Below, in pieces: positions 38,566 to 52,899 of a stretch of DNA of 64,000 bases (position 1 is the first letter of the stretch; the number at the start of each line of letters is the position of its first letter). This stretch comes from Octopus bimaculoides. Its lineage: Eukaryota. The notes beneath the pieces were generated by a model. That model searched no databases. It was given only the letters and a program-made list of their open reading frames with translations, and was not told the origin of the DNA. Where the stretch lies: contig NC_068985.1 in NCBI RefSeq assembly GCF_001194135.2, positions 66,905,934 to 66,969,933 of the forward strand. Reading direction: 5' to 3'. The position numbers and the translations under genes are program-made.

Positions 38566-38597
38566 TATATTGATATATCTATAAGCTTGTGTACGTG

Positions 38598-38664
<67 letters not shown>

Positions 38665-39049
38665 GTCTGTCTCTCTATCTATCTGTCTACCTGTCTGTCT
38701 GTCTGCCTCTCTGTCTGTCTAAATATCTATCTAGATAGCTAATTAACTATCATATCTACATCTTCTGTATCTGTATAGTCACATTATAGGATAAGCTTTT
38801 ATACCAAATTACAAAAGAATAAAACTAATAATGGTGGTGCCCACCATGTTCATAGTCCTTGGTCTACAACGTATAGACATTAAAAGTGTAACACCCACTG
38901 TTATTTCCTAACCAAGGGTTTGTGCTTTAATTTAATTATCTATCGACATATCGTTTGCAGAGATTTTTAAGTCTTCATGACATTGTTTTATTTTGTTAGA
39001 TATGTCAATAGTGCCTGCGACTCGAGCACACAAGTGCAACATATAGATT

Positions 39050-39128
<79 letters not shown>

Positions 39129-42100
39129 CTGTCTTCGCTCTCTTTGTCTCCCGTTCACACTCAATAAACATATATATTCCTCCATGCGAGTTATTACCAT
39201 CCTTGATGTTGGCGTAATACACGGACAAAAGAGCCATGTTCAAAAACAAGCAGAATGATGATATAATGTGTATGCGTGTGAATGCAATTTAGTCTATAAA
39301 CAACACATGGAGAAAGATAGAAAGGAGAATGATCGTCTCTGCAAATTTTAATTTGATTTATTTGAAACTGTCGCATGTGAAATTGCTTGTAAAGATTTTT
39401 GACACGTAAAGAATTGTCAAGCAAATTTGTAGTAAATGTGTCAATCATTGTATTGTCTAATAAATTTTACTATTAAAAGAAAGGAAGCTATCACGACTTT
39501 CTATTTTACAGTCTAGACGATGTGCATTTCGTGATGTTTTCGCACACTATATTCTATAAATAATAATTTGGACACTATGGGTATTCTTTTCACGCAGACA
39601 CGCAGTGATACACACACACACACACACACTCATACGCACATACGCATAGAGATAGACGCCGAGACACATGCACACATAAACATCAATATTTATTGCACTG
39701 AAATGTATTCATAAAAATTAGGAAAATTATATTATACTAGCTGGCCCCTTGCCTTCAAAAATGACAACTAATCGTAGTATTTTATATATAAATATGGATG
39801 GTAAATCAAATTAATACACTTGTAAATGTTCACATACATTCACATACTTCCCTTGTACACACACACATACACACATATATTCTCACATGGTTGAAATGCT
39901 GTTTGATTTTTCTTTTCAGCGTTGATTGTTCACCATCCCACCGGTTTGCCATCACACCTTCCTTCCTTATTCAGCTATCACTCCTTCCTTTCTCATTCAT
40001 ATGTTGTAACGGAGAAAAGCACAAGAGTATTATTATAGTAGATGTATATGAAGCTTGCATGAGATAGTTATTTGGCTATATTCAAATAATGTCTGTTAAT
40101 CAAACACATCGCCAGAAAAACAAAGTATTGCTGTTTGACATGAAAACAAACTGTGTAGATGCCAGATAACCGTTTCAGAAAATTGGAACACGTCAAATAT
40201 AAAAAAAAAGAACGTACAAACACACATTTATACATACAACTATCTCCTAGCAGTTTCGGTCTACTAAGTCCGCTCAGAGGGTTTTGGTTAGCCCGCACCT
40301 ATAGCAGAAAATACTTGTCGAAGGTGACATTCAGTGAGATTGAACCCAAAACCATAGTGTTGAGAAACAAAGTTCTTGCCAGACAGCTATTCTTACGGAT
40401 ACTTGTGCTCTGTTGTTTATTTTTGCTTTTGCGAAAAGTAGACACATTTTCGAACCTGGACTCTGAAGAAGGCTCATAAATGTGGCAACAATTATACCTC
40501 TACCAACTATTAGAGTAAGAAAACTAAACATCTTCGTTATGTTCACTTAATATGCTAGAAATTACGGCCGCAAGTCCTTGGAAGTATGCACTATTAGCTT
40601 TCAACTTGGAAGGATACACTGTAAATTGTTGACTGCTGTACCACATTTATTAAAATGTCTACTTTATCTCGTCTGCAATCATCAGAAACAATTTATTATT
40701 ATTATCATACTGCTGCAGAGAAATTTTTCGTATGTTGCACGTATATATTAGCAGCTTGAGATAACTATTGAAGTTACCGTAAGAGTTTTCCTCTTATATA
40801 TCAAAATTCCTATCTTCCCACGCTGAGGAGTTCCTTTGTTTTTTAAATGTCATTGTTTTCTCATTTAGTATCTTCTGAAGAACTGTTAGCTTTTTCTTTT
40901 TGTATACTCAATTGCTTTATTGATGTAATTTATATTCTACTACCAATAATTGACATTCATGTCCCATCAGTTTATTTATTCTGCTTCAGCTTTCGCTGTA
41001 GCTTATCAAACGAACGATCTTACGTTTTTGAAAAGATTTCTCTTGTTTTTGCTTGTTAATTTCTGATAACTATCCAACTGTATATCTTGGTATTCTATAT
41101 TTCTTCTCTTATTTCTGATATTTATATACGCCAATATTTTCAATTACGTTACCTTCATTCTTTAATGAAAATTTTCTTTTCATTTCTTTTTTACATATTC
41201 AATTATATATTGACAAACTTTCAATAATTTTCTGATCTCATTATATTATATTCGAAAACAAACATTTATTGCCAGTAAAATATATCAACCGTCTCTTTTT
41301 CCCCAACAAGTTCCTAAAGAGGCATATATCTGCTTGTAATTAACAGACACAAAATTTCTTTCATAATATATAGAAACTGCAAGCGATTTTAATATCTATA
41401 TTTTGGGTTGTTCAAGTGTATAACTGGACTTTAAGAAACGGCATCTTGATATCAACAACACTGTTATCGAACAAATATAAGAGCAGTACAAAGAGATACA
41501 ACAAAAAAGCCTACTGAAGGTGCATCGTGAAAATATTCTGCATTTTATATGAAACAAAAGTGAGAAGGCAATTTTGCTAATACTAAATATTGTTGTTAAA
41601 CCCGCAAGCATGGTTCAGTGATCAAGAATCTCAGTCCACTGCAAATATCCCTATCCCTGAACTCGACCTATGGTAACTATATAGCTATAAGATGTGTTTA
41701 ATTTATTCTATTAATAAGTGATAGTCTTCAATACTGCGTGTTTCATTTTGAAGGTTAACTTCGTGAGTCTTCCACTAATACGTAACGTGAGGACAATGTT
41801 TTCTTGACCAGTATACAATATGAACAAAAGAGTTTCGTATTTGTTAGATGAGATTGATGAATAAATGAAAATCATACTATGATGTCTGCTTTCTTCTAGC
41901 TTTTTTTTGCATGTTTCTTAAATGAAACACATTAACATAAATAAATATTTATATGATATTATAAAGAATAAAAAGTAACAAATAATTATCTGCACAAGAG
42001 ATACAGTTATATATTATAGGTGGAGCACAGTCAATTTCAAAATCCTCTTTCGCTAATGTTTTATGCTGACAGTAAAACATGTAGCAACAAAACCGGAGAA

Positions 42101-42287
42101 AATTATAGTGGTACAAATAGAGTGAAGCGACGAAATGCGACTTAAATCTTACAAAATACAAATATAGGGCATCAGTTCTTGCAATAAATTTCGAAGGTAC
42201 CATCGAGGTATTTATAAACAATGAATGTCAAAATTTCTGGAGCAAAAGAATTCCAACTGCTAGTGTAATCTATCAAGTAGAGTTCTA

Positions 42288-43582
42288 TTAGATCGTCAAG
42301 TATGAAATTTATAGAAATGAAAAAAAAAACAAACTTGCTAATGCTTTATAAACACAAGGAATAGTTTTATTCATCAAAGTATGCACCCATATTGTCAATA
42401 CACTTTTGTTATTTCAGCGGTAGCTGGTCCATCCCGGAACTGTAACACCCTAGAAATCTAGAGTCAATAAAATCTTGGAAGGCTTGTTTTACAGTATCGT
42501 CGGAATTAAAATTTTTTCCTGTCAAAAAGTTATCCAAATTCTGGAGGAAGTGGTAATCAGTGGGGACAAGATCAGGTGAGTATGATGGATGACGGAGAAC
42601 TTCCAACTCCAACTCTTGTAGTTTCTCCAATGTCATTTTTGCGACCTGTGGTCTGGCATTGTCTTGCAATAAAATAGGAGTGGATCTGTTAACTAATCTA
42701 GGCTGTTTTCTTTTTGTAAGTTTCTGTATCATTTGGTCCAGTTGACTGCAGTATACCTCGCCCATGATTGATGGGCCAGGTTTAATGAAATCAGTATGCA
42801 TCACACCTACGCCAGACCACCAAACATACACCATCATCTTCTTTTGATGAATTTTGCATTTTGGACTGTTTGGTGGCTGGTCTTTGTCCAACCATTGTGC
42901 TGAACGTTTACGATTGTTGTATTGGATCTATTTCTCATTACATGTTACAGTTCGATTCAATAATGATCATTTTTGTGACTAGAAAGTAGCATCATGCAAG
43001 CTTCCAAACGTTGCGGTTCCTTATCTTCATTGAGTTCATGTGGAACCCACTTATCCACCTTTGTCACTTTAATGATTTGAACTAGGTGAGTCAATATCAT
43101 TTCCTTGCTAACACCAAACAACAACGATATTTCACGGGCACTTTGAGATGGATCTGACTCGATGGTGGCTTTCTGTTCGTCATTATCTACCTTTGTTTCT
43201 GGCCGACAGTGTTGATCATTTGTGAGGACAAAGTAACCACAACGAAATTTTACAAACCAATTTGATACTGTTTGCTGTGTAATAACATTAGAATGAAATA
43301 TCCATTAATATTCCCAGCTGCCTGTGATGCTGTATTTCTAAGAAAGAACTCATATTTAAACACTGTAAGAATATCTGACTTCACCATCTCTAAACAAAAA
43401 TAGCAAAAAATGAGTTATAAATATTTTATAAAGCGCAAAATGAGTTAGAATAATAGAAAAAATGTGTCAGCTTTCTAACAAATATGGAAGATTGTCTAAA
43501 TATAATAATAGCGCAAAATGAGAGACTGGCAAAGTTTACCATATACCTTAATACAACTTTCATACTCGACGACCTAACCTAA
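42288..43582 (-). mobile_element. Full-length (1.3 kb) mariner element, DD34D, inactivated
   Basis: ORF 42409..42891 has KMMVYVWW, LQDNARPQ-34 aa-YSPDLVPTD. TIRs TTAGATCGTCAAGTATGAAAT and TTTCATACTCGACGACCTAA with flanking TA. The N-terminal half has stops. Confidence 0.95.
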
Positions 43583-44019
43583 TACTATAGCAACAGTAAG
43601 TCATCAGTAATTATATGAAATGTATCACGTATAATTACAGCTAATAGAAAGCTCACCGATTTCAAGTTATAAAGCTTACAGTAAAAGTGCTTTCAAGTAG
43701 GAATTATACGCTTGTAACAGCCTAAAATAAAAATAAAGATTTTACCGGAATTTACAAATACATTTAAATGAGAGGCGATCACTTCTATCAGACATTTCAT
43801 AAACGATAAGAGTTAATCGTTGTTCTCATAATTCAGATAACTCCATTTCATTCATATAACCATAACTGAAGCAATGAAAACAGGAAATATTAATAAATTA
43901 GGATCCTTCTGAATTTACGGGCACCACTTTTCATTTATGTTTTGTGTAGTGTTTTTGGTACCGAAATACTTTCAAACTTCGTATACTTGTATATTTTATG
44001 GTATAGAACAGATAAATGT

Positions 44020-44655
44020 TTTTGTATTCGAAGTTATTTCATGTAAAAATTGTCATATTTCGGTAATTTCAACCAATCACTGACGTCTATTGAGGTGAAA
44101 ACCATTACTGCTGTGAATTGTGAACACCACACGTTGTCCGGTGTAATGGGATATTTTCCCTTGAATAAAATTAGTGCCGTTGTTTATCAACAAAAGCTAT
44201 CAGCGGTGATGTTATTTATAACATCGTTCGTGCGTTTGTACTGGTTTTAGCTTTAGGGATTTAGGGTTAGGGTTAGTTTTAGGGTTTGGGTTAGGGTTAG
44301 TTTTAGGGTTTGGGTTAGGGTTAGGGTTAGGGTTATGATTATTTTTGCCATAACCTAACTCATAACCCTAACCCTAACCCTCACGCTAACCCTAACCTAA
44401 AACCCTAACCCTAACCCTAACCTTAAAACCTTAACCCTAATCTTAGCTCTAAAACCCGAACCCTAACTCTAAAACCCTAAACCCTTACTAGGGAATAACG
44501 ATATAATTTCCAGGGAATAACGATCTTGACACCGGCAAAAAATATTATTTACAAAAGCAGCAGTAACTGAATTCAGCTGAACAGACGTCAGTGATTGGTT
44601 GAAATTACAGAAATACGACAACTTTAACATGAAATAACTTGCAATATAGAAATTT
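44020..44655. repeat. Palindromic element with central head-to-head degenerate telomeric arrays
   Basis: (TTAGGG)n-like at 44252-44336 then (CCCTAA)n-like at 44366-44483. Outer arms 44031-44113 and 44558-44640 are diverged reverse complements (TAATTTCAACCAATCACTGACGTCT). Confidence 0.9.
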
Positions 44656-45704
44656 TTGTTAAGAAGGCTAAGAGAAAAAGATTTTGTATACGACACATTC
44701 TACCAGTATCTCAAGTTTGAAAGTGTTCCGTTAAGAAAAGAAGTGGTGCCCGTCAATTCAGAAGGATCCCTAAATAATAATAATTTATACCGGCTAACGC
44801 ACATATACTATATATATTATTTATACAAATACATGCATATGTATATGTATATANNNNNNNNNNNNNNNNNNNNNNNNNNNNNNNNNNNNNNNNNNNNNAT
44901 ATATATATTTAGTTCTTTCTTACAAAAAATATAGAACTGCTTAAGAAGTTAAGAAGTGCTCGTGTCGAACCCGAGACAAAAAAATATATATTATATGTAC
45001 ATATATATGTATGCACTCCCCTACACATATGGTAGTGTATTTTTTGTTAGTTAAGCTAGTTCATGCATTATCTTCAAACACTTCGTCTCCGTCCAGGTAA
45101 TTAGATTTAAGGAGAATTTCGATGCGCGTAATTACAGTTATTTAACTTGAATTTACTATGAATATATTGTTGCTTATCAGGTTGAATTAGAAGAAAATTG
45201 GAGCATAGGAATCTGGTGTATATTATTTCCTGCTTTTTTAAAATTCTGTATTCCTTTCGTTAAATCCAATAATAATCCTAGCATAAAAATTCCATAAATG
45301 CTGCAGGAATCGTATTCTTCCTTACTTATATCAAAGCAAGTATTAGTTCGTCTAATCTCACCTGCACACAAAAATGTTTAATGAATCGTGAAATTAAATA
45401 AATAAATAAATAAATAAATAAGGCAAAAATATATGTGTATATTTACAACTTCTGTAATTATTACTATTGCCATACTGAAGTACCGTTGTTGGAAATGAAA
45501 ACAGAAAGAATTTTACTTAAGTATATTCAACAAATTTAACGTAATTGAAAACTATTAATGCATTTAGACTATTAATGCCGTTTCAGCAAGATACGTAGAA
45601 TTCAGTAAAATTATCATAATCTTAGCAGGAATGACACCTGCATTGTTCACTCACAACGCTACGTATTTACATATATATTCATACGCATAAGTAGGCACAA
45701 GCGT

Positions 45705-45835
45705 TGCTATGTGGTAAGACGTTTATCCCCAACTATATGGTACCGGGTTCAGTCACACAGCGTGGCAACTTTGGCTAATGTCTTCTACTATAGCTCTGGG
45801 CCGACCAAATCCTTGTGAGTTCATTTGGTATCGTT
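45705..45835 (+). mobile_element. SINE family A, 5' part
   Basis: GCTATGTGGTAAGAC...CCGGGTTCAGTCACACAGCGTGGCAAC...CTACTATAGCTCTGGGCCGACCAAA. Confidence 0.75.
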
Positions 45836-46499
45836 TACGTATATATATCTGCTAATACCTTACAGGTACCACGTACTGGTTGTTTTTTGTGTTTGTTCTT
45901 CGTTCTTTTGGGGGCGGGGAGTATTTAAATATATATATATATAAAAGATGGAGGTAGAAATAGTACAGAAGTAAGTCTAAGACATTTAAATTTACGAGGG
46001 AATTTAATAAAAAAATTATATAAAGAAAATATTCACGGTTTCGATATATCTCATCAAATATCAGTTAAAATTTATTAAAATTTGAAGTAAAAACAGTTCA
46101 TCTTCTCTCCAGGGACTATATATATCCTAGCAGAGACACCTTGTTTACTGGTTTGAAAGAAGGTGCCAAAATTGTACTATGAACATTGAAAATTTATTCA
46201 GTTGAACATATATAAGAAATGGTTGTTAATTTTCATATAGAAAATAGACCTATTTTCTTCTGGCCAATATTATCATGGGTGCATATAAACTTCTGATCTA
46301 TGACCTATAGTATTTCAATCTGTAAATGAAGCAAACATCGCACAGACTTTGGCTTACATCTAATACAAAATAAGTAAATAAAAGTTCGGGGAACGCTAAA
46401 AACTTATGTACTATAACTTATTGAACTTTAGTATTACAAAAAAAAAAAAGATACAAATAGCTTTCCTTAAACGAATATGGTTTGATGTTGACAATATCA

Positions 46500-48410
46500 A
46501 TTCATAGTTATTAATCATTCTACAAATTTTAGTTTATTGATCCCATCTTCCTTATAGACAAACTTTCGGATTTTACCAGTAGGGGCAAAAATGAAAAGAT
46601 TGGTCTTACTCCCCACGTTGGATGTCCCAACATATAACTGACCGTGTGAAAAACAGTCCTCTTCTAATTGCAAATCAGCAACTTTCTAAGTCTGACCATG
46701 GGACTTATTAATAGCCATCGCAAAAGAGAGACATATTGGAACTTGAAGTCATTTGAACACGAGGGTATATCGGAAGGCATTAATGGTAAGCGAAGAGTAA
46801 CAACATCTTCACCTTTTCCACAGCAAGAAATTATTGTGGCTCGTATGACATTTCTCATTAATTTCTTGACAAAAAAGGCTTGTGCCATTGTACAGCTTTG
46901 GTTGAGAAAGTTTGCAGAGAATCATAATTGGAGCGCCTAGTTTGAATGGAAGGCAATGAGGAGGAGCTCCTGGTGGCTGCAATGAATTTAGGAAATCAAT
47001 CAGGTAATTAACTATTTCCGATTCATCCACAACCGTGTCTATAGATTTGTAAGTATGTTCGAGTGTTTCATTTAAATTATTCACAGGAACAGTTATTTCT
47101 TTGGTACCATGATTGCTCTTTCGCACAACCAAGCAGCATTTGTGTAATTTGAAATTATATTTGGAGAAACTTTTTCAATAAGTTCCTCAACCGAACTAAC
47201 CAAGGTGCAGATTTTTGATGGATTCGAGTCATTTTCATGATTGATATCTAGCCTTCCTTCTCCAAGTTGCAAATTGTTCCGTCACATGATCCCCATGCAA
47301 ATGTGCCCTTATGTTTATAGAAAGCTCTAGCACTTTGCTATGTTTGCACAAAATAGAAGATTTCAAGCATGCTTTCAATTCATCCGCTTTGGTTCTCCTG
47401 AGAATCACTGGCAAAGTGTGTCTGAAATCACCTGACATTTCTATTGTTACACCTCGCATCAATCAACTGAAATTGTGCAAATCCTGCAGTATTCTTTTAA
47501 CAACTTCTGATTTTTTATAGGACATTGTAGCTTCGTCTCATATATGATCAAAGAACATTTCATGAGAACTTGAGCAACAGAAGAACTTATACTAATATTG
47601 CAGACAAGTTCATCATTTGAAGTTAGACTGAATCGCAGCTTGAATTCTGCGTAAGCATTTTGACCTCCCGGGAGTAAAAGTTGCAGCAATTCCAAAGCTC
47701 ACTACAGCTGCCGGACTTTGGCTAGTACTAAATTTATGACAAAAGTTTTTCCAGTTCCTCCTGGTGCGTCAAGGAAATATAACCCTACTCTTTTATGTGT
47801 TACTTAGTCAGTGATTGTTGTATTTGCTAGATGTTTGTCTGGCAAACGTTTCGGGACATTTTTGTCAAAGAATCTTGCTAATGAATAAATATCATATGAA
47901 GTTTCTCGCAAACCTTCTTTGATCAAATTATTCACCTCATTTTGATGAGTTTCAGGCAAGCTAAACTTGATGAGCTTACCCCCTCCCATTGAGACAACGC
48001 AATTTTTAATATCAACTAATGCAAAATTATAACTGTCATCGTTCAATATTATTTCCCTCTGAGGAAATCTTAATTGCGCTTGATATTTGTAGTCTTCTGA
48101 TAAATCATTCTTATATTTGCGCCAAAACGCCAGTTCAGGAGAAGAATTGCAAAAAAGATCGCACAAAGAAACAGTTGTGCGTGACACTGGAGCCTCTGCC
48201 ATTGTTCTATCCGACTGATTGTCATCTTCCAACAAATTTAATGCTAAACAGGCTTTTCTATATGTAAGGACATTTTGACCATCAATCATTCTTAGGAAGG
48301 AGAATGGATTCGGTCCTTCTATTTCACGAAGAAGCAGCTTCAAAAAGAAACATTCATATTGACTCGGATGCACAGAGTAAACTCTTCCGCTAGTCGAGTG
48401 AAATAATTTT
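46500..48410 (-). mobile_element. Helitron Rep/Hel PIF1-like helicase region, frameshifted
   Basis: Walker A FLDAPGGTGKTF (about 47745-47780), [24 protein letters not shown]...LYNGTSL, HGQLYV, and ORF 47804..48373 with TYRKACLALNLLEDD. Confidence 0.93.
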
Positions 48411-48486
48411 ATACTTGGATGAACCTCAACGTCAGGTCCACTTTTTCTTATAGCAATATAAAGTAATAGAGATTATTACAGTTATA

Positions 48487-48554
<68 letters not shown>

Positions 48555-48779
48555 NNNNNNNNNNCACACACACAAACACATACACACACAAACACACACA
48601 CATATAAACATATAAACACACACAAACACACATACACACAGACGCATTTTATTATGTGTCGTTATATTATATATATGGCATACCTACAGAATGGCGCCCC
48701 AGGGAACATGAGTATTTTCAAATGGAAAGTTGTACAAATATGCTGAAGAGAGACAGGAAAATGACAGCTAACCTCATAA

Positions 48780-49892
48780 CTTCTGATGTGGAATACGTGA
48801 AACAAAGGAAAAATGCTGGAGTGAAATCTAAGTTTCGGCTTCTATTCTGATGGTATGCAGGGAATAACACGAAAGTGATCTACGGTTTGTGTTTGGAAGT
48901 TAGGCAGCGAAAAAAACCAAAACTGATCTACAGATATAAATATAGAACGAATGCAAAATAATACTTATATTAATAAGAAGTAATGGCATCAGAACTGTTC
49001 AGAGATGGTTCCAGAGCTCTCGTTCATTAGATGATAGCCTTGAAAATAAACCTTGAAAATATACCTTGAAAATAAAGGTGTAGGCCAAAATATGTTAATC
49101 GTCATGATGGATTAAATGCTTTGGTTGAACAAAATCCGAAAACAATGTTTCGAAAACTTTCATCAGAACTCCAAAGATCTCGCACAACTGTTTTTGGACA
49201 CCTGCAAAAAATTCGAAAAATCAATAAAACGGATTACGAAAAACGAGATTACAGAAAACAAAACAAAAACAGACGCTTCGAAGTGTGTTCCTTATTGCTT
49301 TCTCGACTGGAAAAAGACTATTTTTGCATCAAATCATAACTTGTGATGAGAAATGGATACTCTTTGACAACGGCAGGAGAACAGGACAGTGATTAGATGC
49401 AGAAGTGTCACATAAAGGCTACCCAAACCCACCATTGCACTCTAAAGAGTTAGTGGTCACTGTATGGTGGTCTGCGAACGGAGTTATTCATTGTTCATTT
49501 TTGCAACAAAGAAAAACTGTAACAGCAACATTGTATTTCAAGGAAATTTATTGAAAGCATGAGAATTTGAAAAAGAAACAACCCAGACTATTCAATAGAG
49601 ATGGCCTACTTTTGTTCCACGACAATGCACGTCCTCAAGCTACGGTCCAAAAACTTTTCATAAGCAATAAAACATACTTAAGTAGAGAAGAGGTAACTGA
49701 AGCATTCAGACAGTTTATGACGGCAAAAAATGAATTTTTATTTTTAAGATGCAATTTATGACATAGAGAAACATTGCGTAAACGTCATACATGAACATGG
49801 ATCATACTTTGATTAAATTAATCAGTTCTCTCACACATCTGAAACATTTTATTGATAGTTACCAAATAGGGCATTTCATGTGAAACAATCTA
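48780..49892 (+). mobile_element. Decayed mariner with an internal deletion
   Basis: LNALVEQNP, IITCDEKWILFDN, LVVTVWWSANGVIH, LLFHDNARPQ. The YSPDL region is missing. Right TIR-like CATTTCATGTGAAACAATCTAA. Confidence 0.85.
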
Positions 49893-49974
49893 AAATATAT
49901 GGTTGTGCGGTAAGTAGTTTGCTTACAAACCACATACTTCCTGGATCAATCCCATTGTGTGTGTGTGTGTGAGT

Positions 49975-50142
49975 GGGTCCCCCACTAACATCGCTTGACA
50001 ACAGATGTTGGTGTGATTACGTTCCCGTAAACTAGCGGTTCGGCAAAAGAGCACGGTAAAATAAATACTAGGCTTACAAAAAATAAGTCCTGCGGTGCTC
50101 CAGCATAGCCGCATTCAAATGACTCAAACACGTAAAAGAAAA
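49975..50142 (+). mobile_element. SINE family A tail
   Basis: CATCGCTTGACAACAGATGTTGG...ACTAGGCTTACAAAAAATAAGTCCTG...CTCCAGCAT. Confidence 0.8.
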
Positions 50143-50144
50143 GA

Positions 50145-50193
<49 letters not shown>

Positions 50194-50952
50194 CATATAT
50201 ATATGTATGGATATATATATACATATATACATATATATATGGATATATATATATATATATATACATACTACTCTTAACTGTGAAACGATCGTACTAAATT
50301 AACTAAAGGCAGGTGGGGTTTTTTTTACTCTTCTCTACTGTTTTTTGTTCTGTGTGTATCAAAAATATCGCTATCAATCTGGAGTAATAATTTGTAGTTT
50401 TGAAATCAGTAGTTCTTTGACTGCTATTTCTGAATTCTCAGTATGTTGGAGAAGCAGGTTACTGTCAATCCCTATATATTTATGATTATAAATGTTTTTT
50501 ACCGGAAAGGTTTTTTCATACTGAGCTACCCGGCAAAATTGTTAATTATTAATTTTATTACTAATTGACGATTCCCTGCCCTGCATATCTATATATATNN
50601 NNNNNNNNNNNNNNNNNNNNNNNNNNNNNNNNNNNNNNNNNNNNNNNNNNNNNNNNNNNNNNNNNNNNNNNNNNNNNNNNNNNNNNNNNNNNNNNNNNNN
50701 NNNNNNNNNNNNNNNNNNNNNNNNNNNNNNNNNNNNNNNNNNNNNNNNNNNNNNNNNNNNNNNNNNNNNNNNNNNNNNNNNNNNNNNNNNNNNNNNNNNN
50801 NNNNNNNNNNNNNNNNNNNNNNNNNNNNNNNNNNNNNNNNNNNNNNNNNNNNNNNNNNNNNNNNNNNNNNNNNNNNNNNNNNNNNNNNNNNNNNNNNNNT
50901 ATTCTTTTACATTGCAGGTGCCATTATATTAAACATTTGTGAAGAGTAACTA

Positions 50953-52060
50953 TGCCATGCACAAAAAAATCAGCAGAACTGTCAGATTTTCAAAGAGATC
51001 GTATGGTTGGGCAATCTGAGGCTGGTCTTATCCACCGAAAAATTGCCGAAAATCTTCAAATTCCTCTTGCTACTGTTAATAGAATTGTAGTGCAATTCAA
51101 AAGCCAAGGAAAAGTATGAACAGATTCTCGTCCCGGCTGACCTGGGCCCTCGGAAAGGAAGCTTCGCTGTTTGAAGAGAATTGTGGAAAACGAACCCCGT
51201 TCGAAGGCTTCTGACATTGCAAAACAGCTAGAAGTTAGTCCAAGAACGTGTATTACATATCTGCATAAGCTTGGTTTATGAACGAGCAGCTAGAAGAAAA
51301 CTTCTCCTTCAATCAATTCATATTATGAATAGAAAGAAAGAGGCTTAAGGTGATATCAGAAAAATCCAGTCCATTTTGGTATAAAGTGATTTTCTCAGAT
51401 GAATCCAGGTTTGCATTATTTTCAGACAGTGGACGTGTTTGGGTCTGGAGGTTTCCTAATCAAGAATTTGATTTGAAACGACTTCAATCAACTGTGAAAC
51501 ATGACAGTATCTCTGGAATAGTATGGGGAGCTGTCACCAGCAATAGACGTTCTGAGCTGATCGAAAGTGTCGGAACCATAAACTCTGAAAAATACAACGA
51601 AATACTTAAGCATGGACTACTACGGATGTATTCACACGATAACATAACGAAAAAGGAGATTTATGGAAGATGGGGCTCCATGACACATAGCGAAAAGGAA
51701 TCGACAATGGCTGACTGAAAATGAGACCAAAAAAGCTTACATGGTCGAGCTAATCTCCTGACATGAACCCAATTGAAAATCTTTGGAGCATGCTCGATAG
51801 AGCTGTATGAGAATCTCAACAGAAACCTAAATCTAAAGATGAATTGTTTCGATTGTTGCGTAAAAATTGAGCAGAAATTCCACAGGAGACAATCACAAAG
51901 CACATCAGTCCAAAGCCAAAATGAGTTTCCGAATTAAAAACTGCAAAGAGAATGTCAGCTAAATACTGAAGTGTGTAGTCCTATCTATCGATTACATTTC
52001 AATTGTTCTCTTTGCGTATTAAATAAAATATTTTGTAAATTGAATGTGTCTATTTACTTT
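50953..52060 (+). mobile_element. Tc1-like DD34E transposon, inactivated
   Basis: MPCTKKSAELSDFQR (HTH start), VIFSDESRF, TVKH...VWG, and EDGAP...SPDMNPIE (34 spacing after correcting a 1-nt frameshift). Confidence 0.9.
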
Positions 52061-52390
52061 CTGCACGTCTGTATACATATATATGTGNNNNNNNNNNNNN
52101 NNNNNNNNNNNNNNNNNNNNNNNNNNNNNNNNNNNNNNNNNNNNNNNNNNNNNNNNNNNNNNNNNNNNNNNNNNNNNNNNNNNNNNNNNNNNNNNNNNNN
52201 NNNNNNNNNNNNNNNNNNNNNNNNNNNNNNNNNNNNNNNNNNNNNNNNNNNNNNNNNNNNNNNNNNNNNNNNNNNNNNNNNNNNNNNNNNNNNNNNNNNN
52301 NNNNNNNNNNNNNNNNNNNNNNNNNNNNNNNNNNNNNNNNNNNNNNNNNNNNNNNNNNNNNNNNNNNNNNNNNNNNNNNNNNNNNNNNNN

Positions 52391-52435
<45 letters not shown>

Positions 52436-52899
52436 CATTCATACATACATATGTACACGCATACATACACACGAATATATATGTATGTTCGTTTCTATGT
52501 GTGTGTCTTTGTACATGTATTTGACCCCATTAAAGATTGATAACCGGTGTTGTTTTTTTTACGTCTGTTGGAATAAGTATCTGGCTTAAAAAGTAAGTAT
52601 TGGTATTGGTTAATGTGACTAAAGCTGTCAAGGCAGTTTCCAAGTATTGCTGCAGACTAATGACTGAAGCAAGACAAAAGATATATCTCTGAACACACAC
52701 AGGCACACATGCATATACATATATCTATATACGACCCACGACTATGATCCAGTTTCATCACACACGAAATGCACAAATGAACATTTATTCATATTTGTAG
52801 TTTCTGATTTCAAATCACAAAATGTAAATAGAATAATCGTATTAAAAATCTCAATCTCTTCCAAATGAAACGATTCTATATTATGTATATTGTTTTCAA

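Noticed and set aside
45177-45371. Exon-like segments on both strands (VELEENWSIGIWCILF... and GEIRRTNTCFDI)
   Set aside because: Short, mutually antisense and unlinked to other evidence.
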